A DNA stretch of 64,000 nucleotides, taken from NCBI GenBank assembly GCA_951406725.2, contig OX597838.1, forward strand, positions 27,218,001 through 27,282,000, in the 5' to 3' direction. The translations under genes and the position numbers were made by a program. Source of the stretch: Octopus vulgaris. Lineage: Eukaryota. A model generated the notes under the pieces. The model searched no databases. It saw nothing but the letters and a program-made list of their open reading frames with translations, and was not told the origin of the DNA. Position 1 is the first letter of the stretch; each line of letters opens with the position of its first letter. This document shows positions 38,596 through 51,301 of this stretch, piece by piece.

Positions 38596-39454
38596 ATTGT
38601 TAATATTTTATTTTATTCCTGACCGAGTTTATTTGTTGATGGATTTGTGTAAATAAATTCATGTTTCACCATATTTAGATTATGGATGGAACAATAAAGC
38701 TAGCATCCCTTATGTAATCTGCTAAATTGATTAGCTGTAATAAACTACTGATTGGACAATAAAACTGCTAACACTCACAATTGGCGACGGTTATGATGAC
38801 TAAGTTGTTGGTGATGACAATGGTAATTGAAGTGGTGAGGAGGGGAGATAATCAAGTCTCATGCTTGGAACTCATTTGAAGGAACTGAGTCGTGTGTTTG
38901 CTTTATCTGATTAACTTATGTTAATTAACTGAACGATTTAACTAATTAACAAATCAAGGATTTTGTTTGTACATCTTTTTGTCATCATGTGCTGAGCAAC
39001 AGTGTCTCCTAAAATTGGATTTACTAACTAAAATTAAATAGAACAGCTGCCTCTAATGCGTTTTATTAGGGAATATGGAAGGGATAGGGGTGTGCATGTT
39101 TTCGTTTTTCCTTCCTATTTTTAATCACTTGTTAAATTGTTTTCCACTAATTAAGGCAACAATTTATGTGTGATAATGATTGTTAAATGCTCTGACAGGA
39201 TTTTCTGTGAAAACCATGTTCAACTCTTTCAACACAGCCCCTACTTCTCACCGTACCTTGTTCTAAGATACCAACTGTATCCCCGAACCAAATTTTTCTT
39301 AGATCTTCTATCTTTTACTTGTTTCAACTGTTGTTTTGTGGCCATGTTGGAGCACCACCTTGAAAGGACAAACTAACTCCGGTACTTTTGTTTGTTTCGG
39401 AAGTCTGGTACTTTTCCATTAGTCCCTTTTGCTGTAGTTGTTAGGGAGATTCAG

Positions 39455-39641
39455 CATGGCATAGTACGTGACAAGGCCGGTCCTTTGAATTACAGGTACA
39501 ATTCATTTTTGCCAGCTGAGTGGACTGGAGCAACATGAAATAAAGTGTCTTGCTCAATAACACAAGATGCTGCTGTGTATCGAACTCACGACCTTACTCT
39601 CTTGAGCTGAACGCCCTAACCACTTCGCCATGCACCATCAC
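39455..39641 (-). mobile_element. SINE family D-related partial copy
   Basis: TCATTTTTGCCAGCTGAGTGGACTGGAGCAACATGAAATAAAGTGTCTTGCTCAA...ATCGAACTC...CCCTAACCAC. Confidence 0.75.
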
Positions 39642-40272
39642 AAATGTTTATATTACATAACAAAATATATCTTGTATCACAAAACGCTTGCATATTTTTT
39701 TTTGATTATCTTGCAAATGAAACATCTCGACTGTCTACTCTGCTCAATGAATAATAAATATAGATAGAAATAATCCGAAATAAGGTCGTGAAAGGTTTGA
39801 GGGTTAAAGCAAGTTAAGAGCAGTCTACAATAATATTGTCTGCTTTGAAAGCAATATGACGTAATAGATGCCACTCGCTTGCATTCAGAACTGCACACTT
39901 GTATTCATTGCTGCATATTCATTCATAAACTACATCTAATGCACAGATTACATCCATTTGTTATAATTTCTGCCTTTTCATGATAAAGATAAACCTCTAT
40001 ATTCGCTTATAATATTGATTGATTTTTGTAATTTTTTTTTTGTGTGTGCTTATTATTGATAAATTGGTATCCAGTCGTATTCATGATTGCTGATTGCTTC
40101 TTGTTTTGTTTTTTGTTTTTTTTGTTGTTTATTTTCCAAATTTTTTGTTTTGTTTACTTGTTTTTGAGGCTGGTTTAATTCTGTGACAAGATCAATAATA
40201 ATAATTTGTTTCTAATGATATTACATACTGTTATTTTATTTATTTATTTATTTATTCATTTATTTATTTTGA

Positions 40273-40819
40273 AATGGCTGTGTGGTTAAGAAGCTCACTT
40301 TGCAACTGTGCGGTTTTGGGTTCGATCCTACTGCACAGTACCTTGGGACTATGTTTTCTTTTATAGCCAGTTCTTGGCTGACTAATGCATTGTTTGTAGA
40401 TTTCATAGATGGAAACTGTGTGGAATCCTATTGTACATGTGTTTATGTGTGTGTTTGTACTCCTCATTGCTTCACAACCAGTGTGGGTTTGCATATGTTC
40501 TTGTAACTTAGCAGTTCAGCAAAGAGAGCAATGAAATAAGTACCATCAGACTGAAAAACAAAAGAACAACTACTGGAGTTGATTTATTTATCTAATCTCT
40601 TTAAGGCAGTGCTCCAGCATGGTTGTAGTCCTGTGACAGAAACAAAACTAAATAGGCGCAGGAGTGGTTGTGTGGTAAGTAGCTTGCTAACCAACCACAT
40701 GGTTCCAGGTTCAGTCCCACTGCGTGGCATCTTGGGCAAGTGTCTTCTGCTATAGCCCCGAGCTAACCAATGCCTTGTGAGTGGATTTCGTAGACGGAAA
40801 CTGAAAGAAGCCTGTCGTA

Positions 40820-40856
<37 letters not shown>

Positions 40857-41580
40857 ATGTGTTTGTGTGTCTGTGTTTGTCCCCCTAGCATTGCTTGACA
40901 ACCGATGCTGGTGTGTTTACGTCCTCGTCACTTAGCGGTTCGGCAAAAGAGACCGATAGAATAAGTACTGGGCTTACAAAGAATAAGTCCCGGGATCGAT
41001 TTGCTCGACTAAAGGCGGTGCTCCAGCATGGCCGCAGTCAAATGACTGAAACAAGTAAAAAGAGAGAAAAGAGAGTATATAGCAAGGACATGGTATTTCA
41101 TTTTACAATCATAATACATTACCAAGTATTATATTGAAGGTTTACAAGTCAGTATTCTGCCTTTTGTGTTATATGTGTATATATACAGGAGTGGCTGTGT
41201 AGTAAGTGGCTTGCTTCCCAACCACATGGTTCCAGGTTCAATCCCACTGTGTGGGATTGAAGACCTTGGGCAAGTGTTTTCTGTTATAGCCTCGGGTTGA
41301 CCAAAACCTTGTGAATAGATTTGGTAGATGGAAACTGAAAGAAGCCCGTCATATATATGTATGTGTGTGTATATGTTTGTGTGTCTGTGTCCCCACCCCT
41401 CCCAACATCGCTTGACAACTGATGCTGGTGCGTTTGCATCCCCATAACTTAGTGGTTCGGCAAAAGAGACCGATAGAATAAGTACTAGGCTTACAAAGAA
41501 TAAGTCCTGGGGTTGATTCGCTCGACTAAAGGCAGTGCTCCAGCATGGCTGCAGTCAAAATACTGAAACACATAAAAATA
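40273..41580 (+). mobile_element. Three consecutive SINE family B copies
   Basis: Old copy ~40273-40650; intact copies 40655-41075 and 41186-41580; all in the same orientation. Confidence 0.9.
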
Positions 41581-42649
41581 AATATATATATGTGTGTGTG
41601 TGTGTATATATACATTATATATATATATATATATATATAATGTATATATATTTATATATATATATATATATATAATGTATATATATTTATATATATATAT
41701 AAGATAATGACCCCAATTAATTCCTAATGTTCGTTAGGAAGAAATATCTTAATATAAAGCTTAGTTGTAATGACATTTAAAATAGAAGCCAAAAGATCAT
41801 TCTTTTTCTTCTTCCTCCTCTTTGTATTTCTAGGTCAAACGCATTCTTGTGTCAAAGAAAACTGCCTCTTCTTCCACCGTTCCAAATTAAGCGCCATTCT
41901 AGTCCGTTTAAAATATCTGATTTTATAATTGATTTTGTAGGAGAATATTGAATTTAGCTGGGATTTTTTTTTTTTATCTTTTTTTTTTTATTTCTTTTAT
42001 CTGTTTGTTTGTATGTCTTCGTTGTTTTTTTTTTCTTCCTTGAAGAAGATTTTAAAATTAGATTCACATTGATTTGAATAATTTTCACAATTATATGTGT
42101 ATATACATATATATGTATACATGTTTCTGCATATATATATATATATATATATACATACATATATATATATGTATATATATATATACACATACACATACAC
42201 ACTCACGTGCACACACACGTGTATACACACATATGCACACACACACGCGTGTATACACACATATGCACACACGCATTAACTCAAATACTTTTAGCTTTTA
42301 AATTTCAAATCTAAAACGAATTAAAATTGTGGAAGAAAATAAAAATTTTTTCCTGCTTATTTTTTACAATTTTCTTTAGAATAATAACTAAATTTTATTT
42401 TCACATTCTATTTTTGTTGTTGTTTAGTGACTAAATACCTTGAATCTATGTTTTTATGAGTGAAAGATTATTGATAAGGTATGATTTAATAATGAATGTT
42501 TGGTTGGGTGTTTAAGTTAATAGACTTCTTACTGCTGCTTTTACGAGTCTTCATTCTTCTGTCTTGGGAATTAACACTCATGTTCTTCAGGAAGACACAT
42601 AAACAAAGATTCTAAGGAACAGATTTATAAATAATAATAATAATAATAA

Positions 42650-42861
42650 TCCTTTCTACTAAAGGCACAAAGCCTGAAATTTGTGGGAGTGGACTAGTCA
42701 ATTACATTGACCCCCCATTATTTCACTGGTACTTAATTTATTGACCCCCAAAAGGAGGAAAGGCAAGTCGACCTTGGTGGAATTTGAACTCAGAAAATAG
42801 CAGCAGACGAAATACTGCCGAGCATTTCGCCTGGCGTGCTAACGATTCTGCCAGCTCACCA
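42650..42861 (-). mobile_element. SINE A-variant within an (AAT)n tract
   Basis: GCTAACGATTCTGCCAGCTCACC is the reverse complement of the A head. Confidence 0.85.
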
Positions 42862-42862
42862 C

Positions 42863-42863
<1 letters not shown>

Positions 42864-42911
<48 letters not shown>

Positions 42912-43130
42912 TAATAATAACAATAATAACTATTAATAATCATAATAATAACAATAACAATAATAATAATAACCATAACTACAATAATAATAATAATCAT
43001 AATAATAACAACAATAATAAAAATAATCAATCATTATAATAATAATAACAATAATAATAACCATAATAATAACAATAATAATAAAAATAATAATAACAAC
43101 AACAACAATAATAATAATAATCATAATAAT
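42864..43130. repeat. (AAT)n/(AAC)n microsatellite
   Basis: Directly visible. Confidence 0.95.
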
Positions 43131-44372
43131 AGACACTCCATTTAGCTATTGCCCAATGAAATAAATTACTACCAGTGTATTATACACACAACATATAATA
43201 CAAACACTAATACAACAAAAGACTGCACCACACCCCATAAAAAAAAGAAACTGATGTAATACAATATTGGGAAGAGTTTGCATACTTCCAACAACAAAAA
43301 AACTCCAAAAAAACAACAATGCTGCACACATCCCAGCAATACAGAGGTGTAGTGGGTGATGCAGTAAAAATTTGCCTGAAACTACCAAATGTTGAATGAT
43401 AATAATAATAATAATAATAATAAATAATGATAATAATAATAATAAATAATGATAATAATAATAATAATAATGGTTTCAAATTTTGATGCAGGGCTTACAC
43501 ACACACACATTCTTGCATTCAGCTCACTTATTCACATGATGGGCTTCTTTTAGTTTCCGTCTACCACATCCACTGATAAGGCTTTGGGTGGTCCTGGCAA
43601 TGTATTAGAATGCATTTTCCCACTTTGCTGCACAGTGGGACTGAACCCAACACCTCATGATTGGGAAGGAAGCTTCGATGTGAATATTCATATATTTATC
43701 ATCTGTGAAGATAAGGTCAATTCTCTGAAAAATTAAGATTGTAAATAAGAGACTTACTCTTAAGATAACACTCCTTAGCAGCTGTAGTAGTAATTGTAGT
43801 AGTAGTAGTAGTTTAGTGTTTTGAACTGTTAAGTTACCTTCTTGTTTGTATGTATGTATGTACATATGTACGTCAGTACGTTTGTTTGTATGTATGTACA
43901 TATGTATGTATGTATGTATGTTTGTTTGTATATCCTGTTGTGTTCTGCATACCTTTTCTTATGTTGTCCCAAATAATCTCTTAAGATTAAAGGATCGGTT
44001 TTATTGAAATAACTTCCCTGAGTTTAAGGGAAAGAAAAAAAAAAAGATACTTCGGTTCAACTTTTGGCCCTGTCAAATGTATTATTACCATAGGAAATAC
44101 GACCTCTGATACAGAAAGGTAGTAGTAGAAGTGTTAGCCATTACTCCACTTTGACCCTTTCATTACCGTTCTTTTTAATGGCACATGCATTTAATTGGCA
44201 CGTGTATTTAATGTGGCTTGTGTGTTTTTAATTTAGAAAATAGCAATAAATTTTTTTTAGGAATTTAGAAAATAACAAAATTTGACAGAATTACTAACTT
44301 TTCATTAACCCTTTTGTTGCCATCCTTGCCTGAGACTGCCCTTAGTTCTATGATTCAAGCTTTCTGTTTTAA

Positions 44373-44590
44373 CCCTTTCGTTACCAACCTGGCTGAAACT
44401 GGCTCTGGCTCTGAGTACAAATGTCTTGTTTTCATAAGTTTTGAATTAAAAACTTCCACCGCCTTAGTCACAATTTATGTTCCTAACACTAGTTGAATGA
44501 TAACTAAGTTATTTTACTAAATTCTTTGTTATATTTAAAGCAATTGAAAGAAACACAGAGCATATCAAAATAAATACAGTAACAAAAGGG
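44373..44590. mobile_element. piggyBac-like MITE nested in a related MITE
   Basis: TTAA|CCCTTTCGTTAC ... GTAACAAAAGGG|TTAA; the host MITE begins TTAA|CCCTTTTGTTGCC at 44309 and resumes AGTGATCTAAATTAA after 44594. Confidence 0.88.
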
Positions 44591-46203
44591 TTAAAGTGAT
44601 CTAAATTAAGACGTTTCATTAAAATTTCCTGTTCATTTCTGTTCCAAACACCAGCTTAACTCGTTAGTATTAAGATTACTCTGTCGAATGTAATGCTTTC
44701 TTATTCATGTTGTTCTTAATTAATCATGCATTATCTCACAGTTTCAAAATTTTTGTGGTGTGCTTGTTTATTTTTTAAAAAGACATAAAAGGGTGGATTT
44801 GAAAGACTGGACCTGGTTAGTTTGGGCATAAAGCTGGTAGAATATTTGGGTTGGTTATGACCCAAAATGCTAAAAGGTTAATAATGTATGACAAAATTGT
44901 TTTATCAAATTATTCATTAGGTGCAGGAGTGGCTGTTGCGGTAAGTAGGTTGCTTACGAACCACATGGTTCTGGGATCAGTCCTACTGCTTGGCACCTTG
45001 CATGGCCACAGTCAAATGGCTGAAACAAGTAAAAGAGTATTATTAAAATTAATTGAAACGATGGCAGTGTATTTCAACAAAAATATAGTAACAAGGGTTG
45101 AACTAGTGTTTGAACATAAGAAAATGTCCTTACATAAAATTCTGGATGAAGGTTTTAACCAATTTTAACCCAGGTTAACCCTGTCGAAATTTTGAAGATG
45201 GTTATATAAAGAGGGACAACAAACATAAGGAAGCATCCAGTTAACCTTTATTGCAGTAAATAAACCAAATACAACTGTCCTCAAATGAGGACAGTGGGTT
45301 ATATGGGTTATATGAACACATCAACAAATAATAGTTTTTTTAACTTTTGTATGAAGGGCCTTAAGCAGATTAGTATGAAAAAGGTAAATCTCTTGTCCTA
45401 ATTTATATATTTTTTTAGAATTTTTTTTTGTATGTGTAGGTTTTGTAATTTCAATCCTTTTGTTGCAACATTTCTGTTGAAATACAGGTTTTAAAATTTT
45501 TTATTTCAATTAATTTTTAAAATAAATGAAGGATTAGTGAAATAACATTGTCATATTTATAAGCTGGTGTTTGGAACATAATTTCTCACAAAAGTCTTAT
45601 AGAAAGTTTTAATTCAGGTCTCTTGAAGGAGAGAAAAAAAAAAAAAAGAAGTAATGTCTGTCTTGGACAGGTTGGTATGAAGCTCATTAATTAGAGATAC
45701 TCTTTACCTTTTAAAGATAAATAGTTGGATTATCCATGTTGTGGTTATTGTTAACTCCTGTCTCTGATCAACCTATGATCAAAGCTGTTCCAGTCATGGT
45801 AATCCTTGTAACAAACCAGGGATCAATCTGTCAGAAATGCTGAATCCACAGGTGCTATTATTCACCTGTTTTTTTATATTAAAATGTAAAGGTAAATAAG
45901 ACACGTTAGAAGAAGCTTCATGACGGTCAGCTAGTTCAAATTTCTTCATCACCCTTATCCAACAATGGTTCAGTGTGTTTTTTTCTCCCTCTTCCCTGGT
46001 CATATAGTTTTATATAGAGAGCAGGAGCTGCTTTTTATGACCATCTTAGAGAATTAGTTTTTGTTTTCTATTTATGGATCCTAACTCTGATTCAGAACAA
46101 TAGTTTTCTCAAACTGAATTATATGTTCCGATCCATTATAAGTCACAAACTCACACTCAGTTACAGAGAGAGAGAGAGAGCGAGAGAGAGAGAAAGAGAG
46201 AGC

Positions 46204-46253
<50 letters not shown>

Positions 46254-46289
46254 GTATTAATGCAAGTTTCTGTCTATCATACTCTAACC

Positions 46290-46569
46290 CAGGGGTTCCC
46301 AAATTTATTTTGCTTGTGGACCCCCTAAGAGCTATCTTATCATCTGTGGACCCCATATATGCACTTGTAAATTTTTGAAATGCAATATTTGTTTGTAGGT
46401 TAGTAAAAACTAACAATGAAACAATTTCGTTATATTAATAACATAAATTCCAAATACAAATCTTGAAAATTTCAATGAATACAGGTACCTCTCCTAATAA
46501 ACAAAATTTATATATGGACCCACAAATTACAATTTTTTTTTACTCGTGGGCCCCAGTTGGGAACCCCTG
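46290..46569. mobile_element. hAT (Charlie-like) MITE
   Basis: TIRs CAGGGGTTCCCAA / TTGGGAACCCCTG; perfect 8-bp TSD CTCTAACC at 46282-46289 and 46570-46577. Confidence 0.93.
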
Positions 46570-47918
46570 CTCTAACCTCTCATTATCTGGCATAAAACCA
46601 ACTCCCTCGATTCTGCTCCTCCTTCAGTTGAGGGATCTTGCCTTGCAAGTTACTTGGTGACCTTGCTGTTGGTGGTGCCACTTTAAGAGCACCCACTACA
46701 CTCTGTAGAGTGGTAGGCATTATGAAGGGCATCCTGTTGTAGAAACCATGCCAAAGCAGACATTAGAGCTTGGCACAGTCCCTTGGCTTGTCAGAACCTG
46801 TCAAAACGTCCAGTCCACACCAACAGGGAAGATGGACATTTACAGAGAGGAAGGGAAAGAAAGAAAAAAAGAATTCACAATGTTACAAGGATTTAAGCAA
46901 AAAAAGAATGGAACAAAATATGGTTGGAACATGGTGCTATTTTTGGTTATGTTCCAAGAAAGTTTCTGGATAGAAGTGAAGAAAGGGAGAAAGAAAACTA
47001 ATTAATATAGTTTATTATTGATAAGTTATTGATATCTTGTGCAATAAATCATGAGTGTACAGTTGTTATGTTCTTTCCATTTCATCTAATCTATAAATAC
47101 ATTTAATCTCACATACTGCATTCTTTTGATGTAAAACACAACTGGCTGGTTCTACAAGACGCATATCAAGGCAGATGGGTGGCTAAATCAGTAGAGCATT
47201 GGATAAAATATCTCTTGCAATTTGGTTACATCAGTTTACATTCTGAGTTCAAATCCATCATCAGGTCCATATCCTTCTAAAGTTAATGCAATGAGTGCAG
47301 GGGCTGATGTGGACTTTATTCAGACACACACACACACAAAACTTTTCCACAGTTTCTGTCTACCAAATGCACTCACAATGCATTGATTGGCCTAGGGTTG
47401 TAGTAGAAAACTCTTTGTGCAGTGGAACTGAACCTGAAGCCACATGCTTGTAAAGCAAGCTTCTTAACCACACAGCCATGCTTGTACCTATATTGCTTAA
47501 TGTTTGTTTATTTATTTTTTCTGAACTTTATCTTTACCATTAAGCTTTGAAGGTCAGTGTTTCATTTCGCATTGCTCCTCTGTGTTCAGCTGAAAATGAG
47601 TAGCAGTCTTGTGATGGTACTCCTTTTCAGCTGAGTATGATGTACTCATATTCAACCCTGTCTCCCTCCAGCTGTCATCTCCTGGTAGATCAAGAATGAA
47701 AGGACCAAGAGAGTCTATGCCTACATGTGACTACTCAGGCCCCCTTAAACAATTAACATGTTACTAGGCTATACATGATTGGGAGTGACAACTCTGGTAT
47801 GGTTATATAGAAAAGAAAGTGGAAATATACCATAAGCCTTTTGAGCCATTATTGAAGATTTTGCTCTTCACGTAGTGTGTCAAGGAAGTTAATTTTTGTG
47901 GATCACAGTCCTCTAGAC

Positions 47919-48581
47919 CAGCAGCAATCTGCAAGCTTTTTTTTGCATCACAGGCTGGTTTTATGCAACAGTTTTACCATGGAAAGGAGATCACATTCGT
48001 GACAAAACATGATGAAGTGTATAATATATAATTTAATTATTACATATATAAACCTTTCCACTTTAGGCACATGGTAGTTTTTCAGGGGCCATGAAAGAAT
48101 TGTACTTTTGACTGGTAAAGTTTACATGTAATAAATTGGTTATCCGTCCACAATACACACAGGTTTTTTAACTATTACTTTTATACAATTCCTTAGAATA
48201 TTTAATTACAAAAATACAATAAAAAAAATAAATAAATGCGCCCTTTTAAAGCCTAGCCAGGCCCATGGGCCTGGGTTCCCGGTTTCAATGGCATATGTGT
48301 TTCCCAGCTGGGGGATGCCAGTCCATCGCAGCGTTACTCATTTTTGCCAGCTGAGTGGACTGGAGCAACATGAAATGAAGTGTTTTGCTCAAGACCACAA
48401 CGCGTCGCCCGGTCCAGGAATCGAAACCACAATCTTACGATCATCATGCTGACACCCTAACCACTAAGCCATGCGCCTCCACCAAAAATAATAGGATTTT
48501 TTAAACAACAAATGGTTATGGGGGTCCACCTAAAACAGGAATCAAAGGGGTCCACGGGCAAAAAATGGTTGAGAACCCCTG
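47919..48581. mobile_element. Possible degenerate hAT MITE carrying a SINE D insertion
   Basis: Right end GGTTGAGAACCCCTG; candidate TSD CTCTAGAC / CTCTGGAC (7/8); left TIR poorly preserved. Confidence 0.45.
48236..48483 (-). mobile_element. tRNA-derived SINE family D (V-domain-like core)
   Basis: Minus strand: TGGCTTAGTGGTTAG A box, GGTTTCGATTCC B box, core GTCCACTCAGCTG...AAATGAGTA...CTGCGATGGACTGGCATCCC resembling the V-SINE domain. Confidence 0.8.
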
Positions 48582-49037
48582 CTCTGGACCATTGTGTACG
48601 TCTGGGAATATATCAGATGCGAGAAGATGGTGAATTATAGTGGCTCAATTGAGATTTATACTTTTGTGTCTGGCAGACAGCTTACTACTCATCTATCAAT
48701 ATTGCCATTTGCATGTGTGTATGGCAAGTATGCACCACATACATACACAGTACATAATACATATATTTGTGTGTGGGGGTTTAAATCTGTGTCTGGTTTT
48801 AGTATTTGTAGCATAGAGACATGCTTATTAAAAGATTACTGAAATGTACTTTTATATGTCAGCTTCAGCCGACCAGCAATGGATTAAGTAAAATAAACCT
48901 GTGTTTATTGAATGATTTTTTTTGTTTGTTTTACTACTGCCAGACTTACTGTATCGCAAATGGTGAAACTGCATGAGAGCCTCACAAAAAAGAGGGCCCA
49001 GCAAAAAGTGCCACCCTCCTGCAAAAATTGAATATGT

Positions 49038-49075
<38 letters not shown>

Positions 49076-49077
<2 letters not shown>

Positions 49078-49327
49078 CGGAGATGTACTTGCATAGCAAG
49101 TAACCTGATCTGAGATCGTGTGCTGGAACGAAAACAATTGCAGTGTGGAAGGTGTTTATAAGCCATTTAAGAAACACACAAAAGCCGTTAGATTCACTTC
49201 AACATTTAAATTTAATTTGCCAAAATATTTTCATCGCTTTGAGACTGCGACCTGTTCACTGACAAAATTGCGTGCTGCATCTCGGAATTTTGCTGCAGCA
49301 ATAGGACTGAACACGCTGCAATTGTTT
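49076..49327 (-). mobile_element. Penelope-like terminal fragment in (TA)n with HHR variant
   Basis: Flanked by (TA)n on both sides; short inverted duplication AAACAATTGCAG.GTG (~49132 vs ~49312-49327); HHR-like fold at 49216-49266. Confidence 0.55.
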
Positions 49328-49348
49328 ATATATATATGTGTATATATA

Positions 49349-49445
<97 letters not shown>

Positions 49446-49452
49446 CTACACA

Positions 49453-50138
49453 CAGCAATCCCTTGCCTTATCATGGTTCACCTATCACACCCTCAGTACA
49501 TTATGGAATTTTTCTGGCTGATGTATGTGAATTTATATTCCAGACTCCTCTGTATATCTTGGGTTTCTGTGGCTGATAGGTATTTATAGTTTTTTTATAT
49601 TTTAATTATTTCCGTGGTAAAATAAGCATTTTCACGCCTAAAAATTAATAAATAAAAGTACAGTACAGAACTGCACTGTATAACACTTTAATTAAACTAT
49701 ATTAAAAGAAAATATGTAGTGTACCGTGGATGGGTAAACAAAGAATTGCACATACTGTATGGAAAATGAAACTTGGGAGGCGAGTGTGTGGTGTTGTTTT
49801 GCATTTATAATAAAATAAATATATACAAATTATAAAAATTATAAAAAAAAAACATACAGTACAGATGAACCAACTTCACGGCAGGAGGTGCAGATGAGGG
49901 CAGCTGCATCGAACTCTCTCATGCACTAAATGGCAATTGCTAAAAAGCATTCGTGAAGTAAAATCATGTAGCAACTCCGAATGGCAGTGCCCCAACATGG
50001 CCACAGCTCGTGAGCTGAAACTAGATAAAATATAAGATATAAATATAAATATAGTACAGTACTATTTCTACATCGTGAATTTTCACCTATTACGGGGGGT
50101 TTGGGGATGTTACACCTGCGATATTTGAAGGTTTACTG
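49453..50138. mobile_element. Tc1/mariner pogo/Tigger-like MITE (degenerate)
   Basis: Left end CAGCAATCCCTTGCCTTATCATGG vs reverse-complemented right end CAGTAAACCTTCAAATATCGCAGG; right end followed by TA; internal TACAGTAC motifs. Confidence 0.6.
49865..50047 (+). mobile_element. 5'-truncated LINE/SINE 3' end inserted in the Tigger-like MITE
   Basis: Ends GGCAGTGCCCCAACATGGCCACAGCTCGTGAGCTGAAACTAGATAAAATA; flanked by ATA(C/T)AGTACAG; same tail in reverse at ~4690-4722. Confidence 0.65.
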
Positions 50139-50350
50139 TATGTTTGTGTGGTGTTAGCCCTGAGAAATGCTCTCACATAGGTGGTTGGTGCATGACAGCA
50201 TCCCGATAAGATGTAGAGTCTCTCCAGGACTAATAATGCAGTGTTCTGTATTTTAACAAGACATCCTCATTAATTTGGGTATGAAGATTATATTTTGGCA
50301 GTAATACTGCTTTCATCACTGATAATTAATATATATAAAATATGTGTGCA

Positions 50351-50713
50351 AGCATCAAAATCAATGGAAACTGCAGTTGTGATCCCTGTGCCGGTGGCAC
50401 GTAAAAAAGCACCATCCGAATGTGGCCAATGCCAGCGCCACCTCGACTGGCTTCCGTGCCGGTGGCATGTAAAATGCACCAATCTGATCGTGGCCATTGC
50501 CAGCCTCACCTGGCACGTAAAAAGCACCCACTACACTCTCGGAGTGGTTGGCGTTAGGAAGGGCATCCAGCTGTAGAAACACTGCCAGATCAGACTGGAG
50601 CTTGGTGCAGCCTTCTGGCTTCCCAGATCCCCAGTTGAACCGTCCAACCCATGCTAGCATGGAGAACGGACGTTAAACGATGATGATGATGATGATGATG
50701 ATGATGGTGATGA
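50351..50713 (+). mobile_element. Family C RTE-type 3' end
   Basis: Closely matches 35604-35908; (GAT)n tail. Confidence 0.88.
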
Positions 50714-51263
50714 TGGGCTTCCATACAGTTTCTGTCTATCAAATTCACTCACAACTTGAAACTGCATTGTTGCAAAGCAAGTCTGTTAACCAGACAGCTA
50801 TGCCTGTGCCCATGTTATGGTAACTATTTAGAAATAGTAATTCTGAATCTTAGGCTCTGCTGGATATCTTGCAGATGGTTGAACAGAAAGATGGTTGTGT
50901 GATATGAGAGACCGAGAGAACTGGATAATTTTCCCCCTCCAGCTAACATCCTCTGGCTGCAAGCCAGTGGTTGACCATGCCAACACAATAGCTTCCTGAC
51001 ACAACATTGTCTCTTTGTATTTGTTTCGCTTCTAACAAGTCTTCTTCATTTCAATCTTTCTGAAAGATCTTCAGACACTGCAATAAAAGACGGAGGCAAA
51101 ATATAAGGAATTTCTAATGCAGATCTCCCTCCCTCCCTCCCTCCTCTCCTCCTTCTCTCTTTCTCTGTCTTTTGCTTCCAGGAATATTGACACATATTTC
51201 TGTTGTTTAATGTATTTTTAATATGTCATATAGCTCCAGCTATCTGTTTTATTGACATTCCAA

Positions 51264-51301
<38 letters not shown>

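Noticed and set aside
38690-39060. TAATTA-rich unique stretches (also ~33000-33250) as homeodomain enhancers
   Set aside because: The motif is expected frequently in such AT-rich DNA; unsupported without conservation or chromatin data.
42520-42600. Minus-strand CTGAAGA...ATGAGT/ACTCGT...AAAA, hammerhead-like
   Set aside because: Spacing is wrong, GAAA is absent and stem I is out of register; at best a heavily decayed relic.
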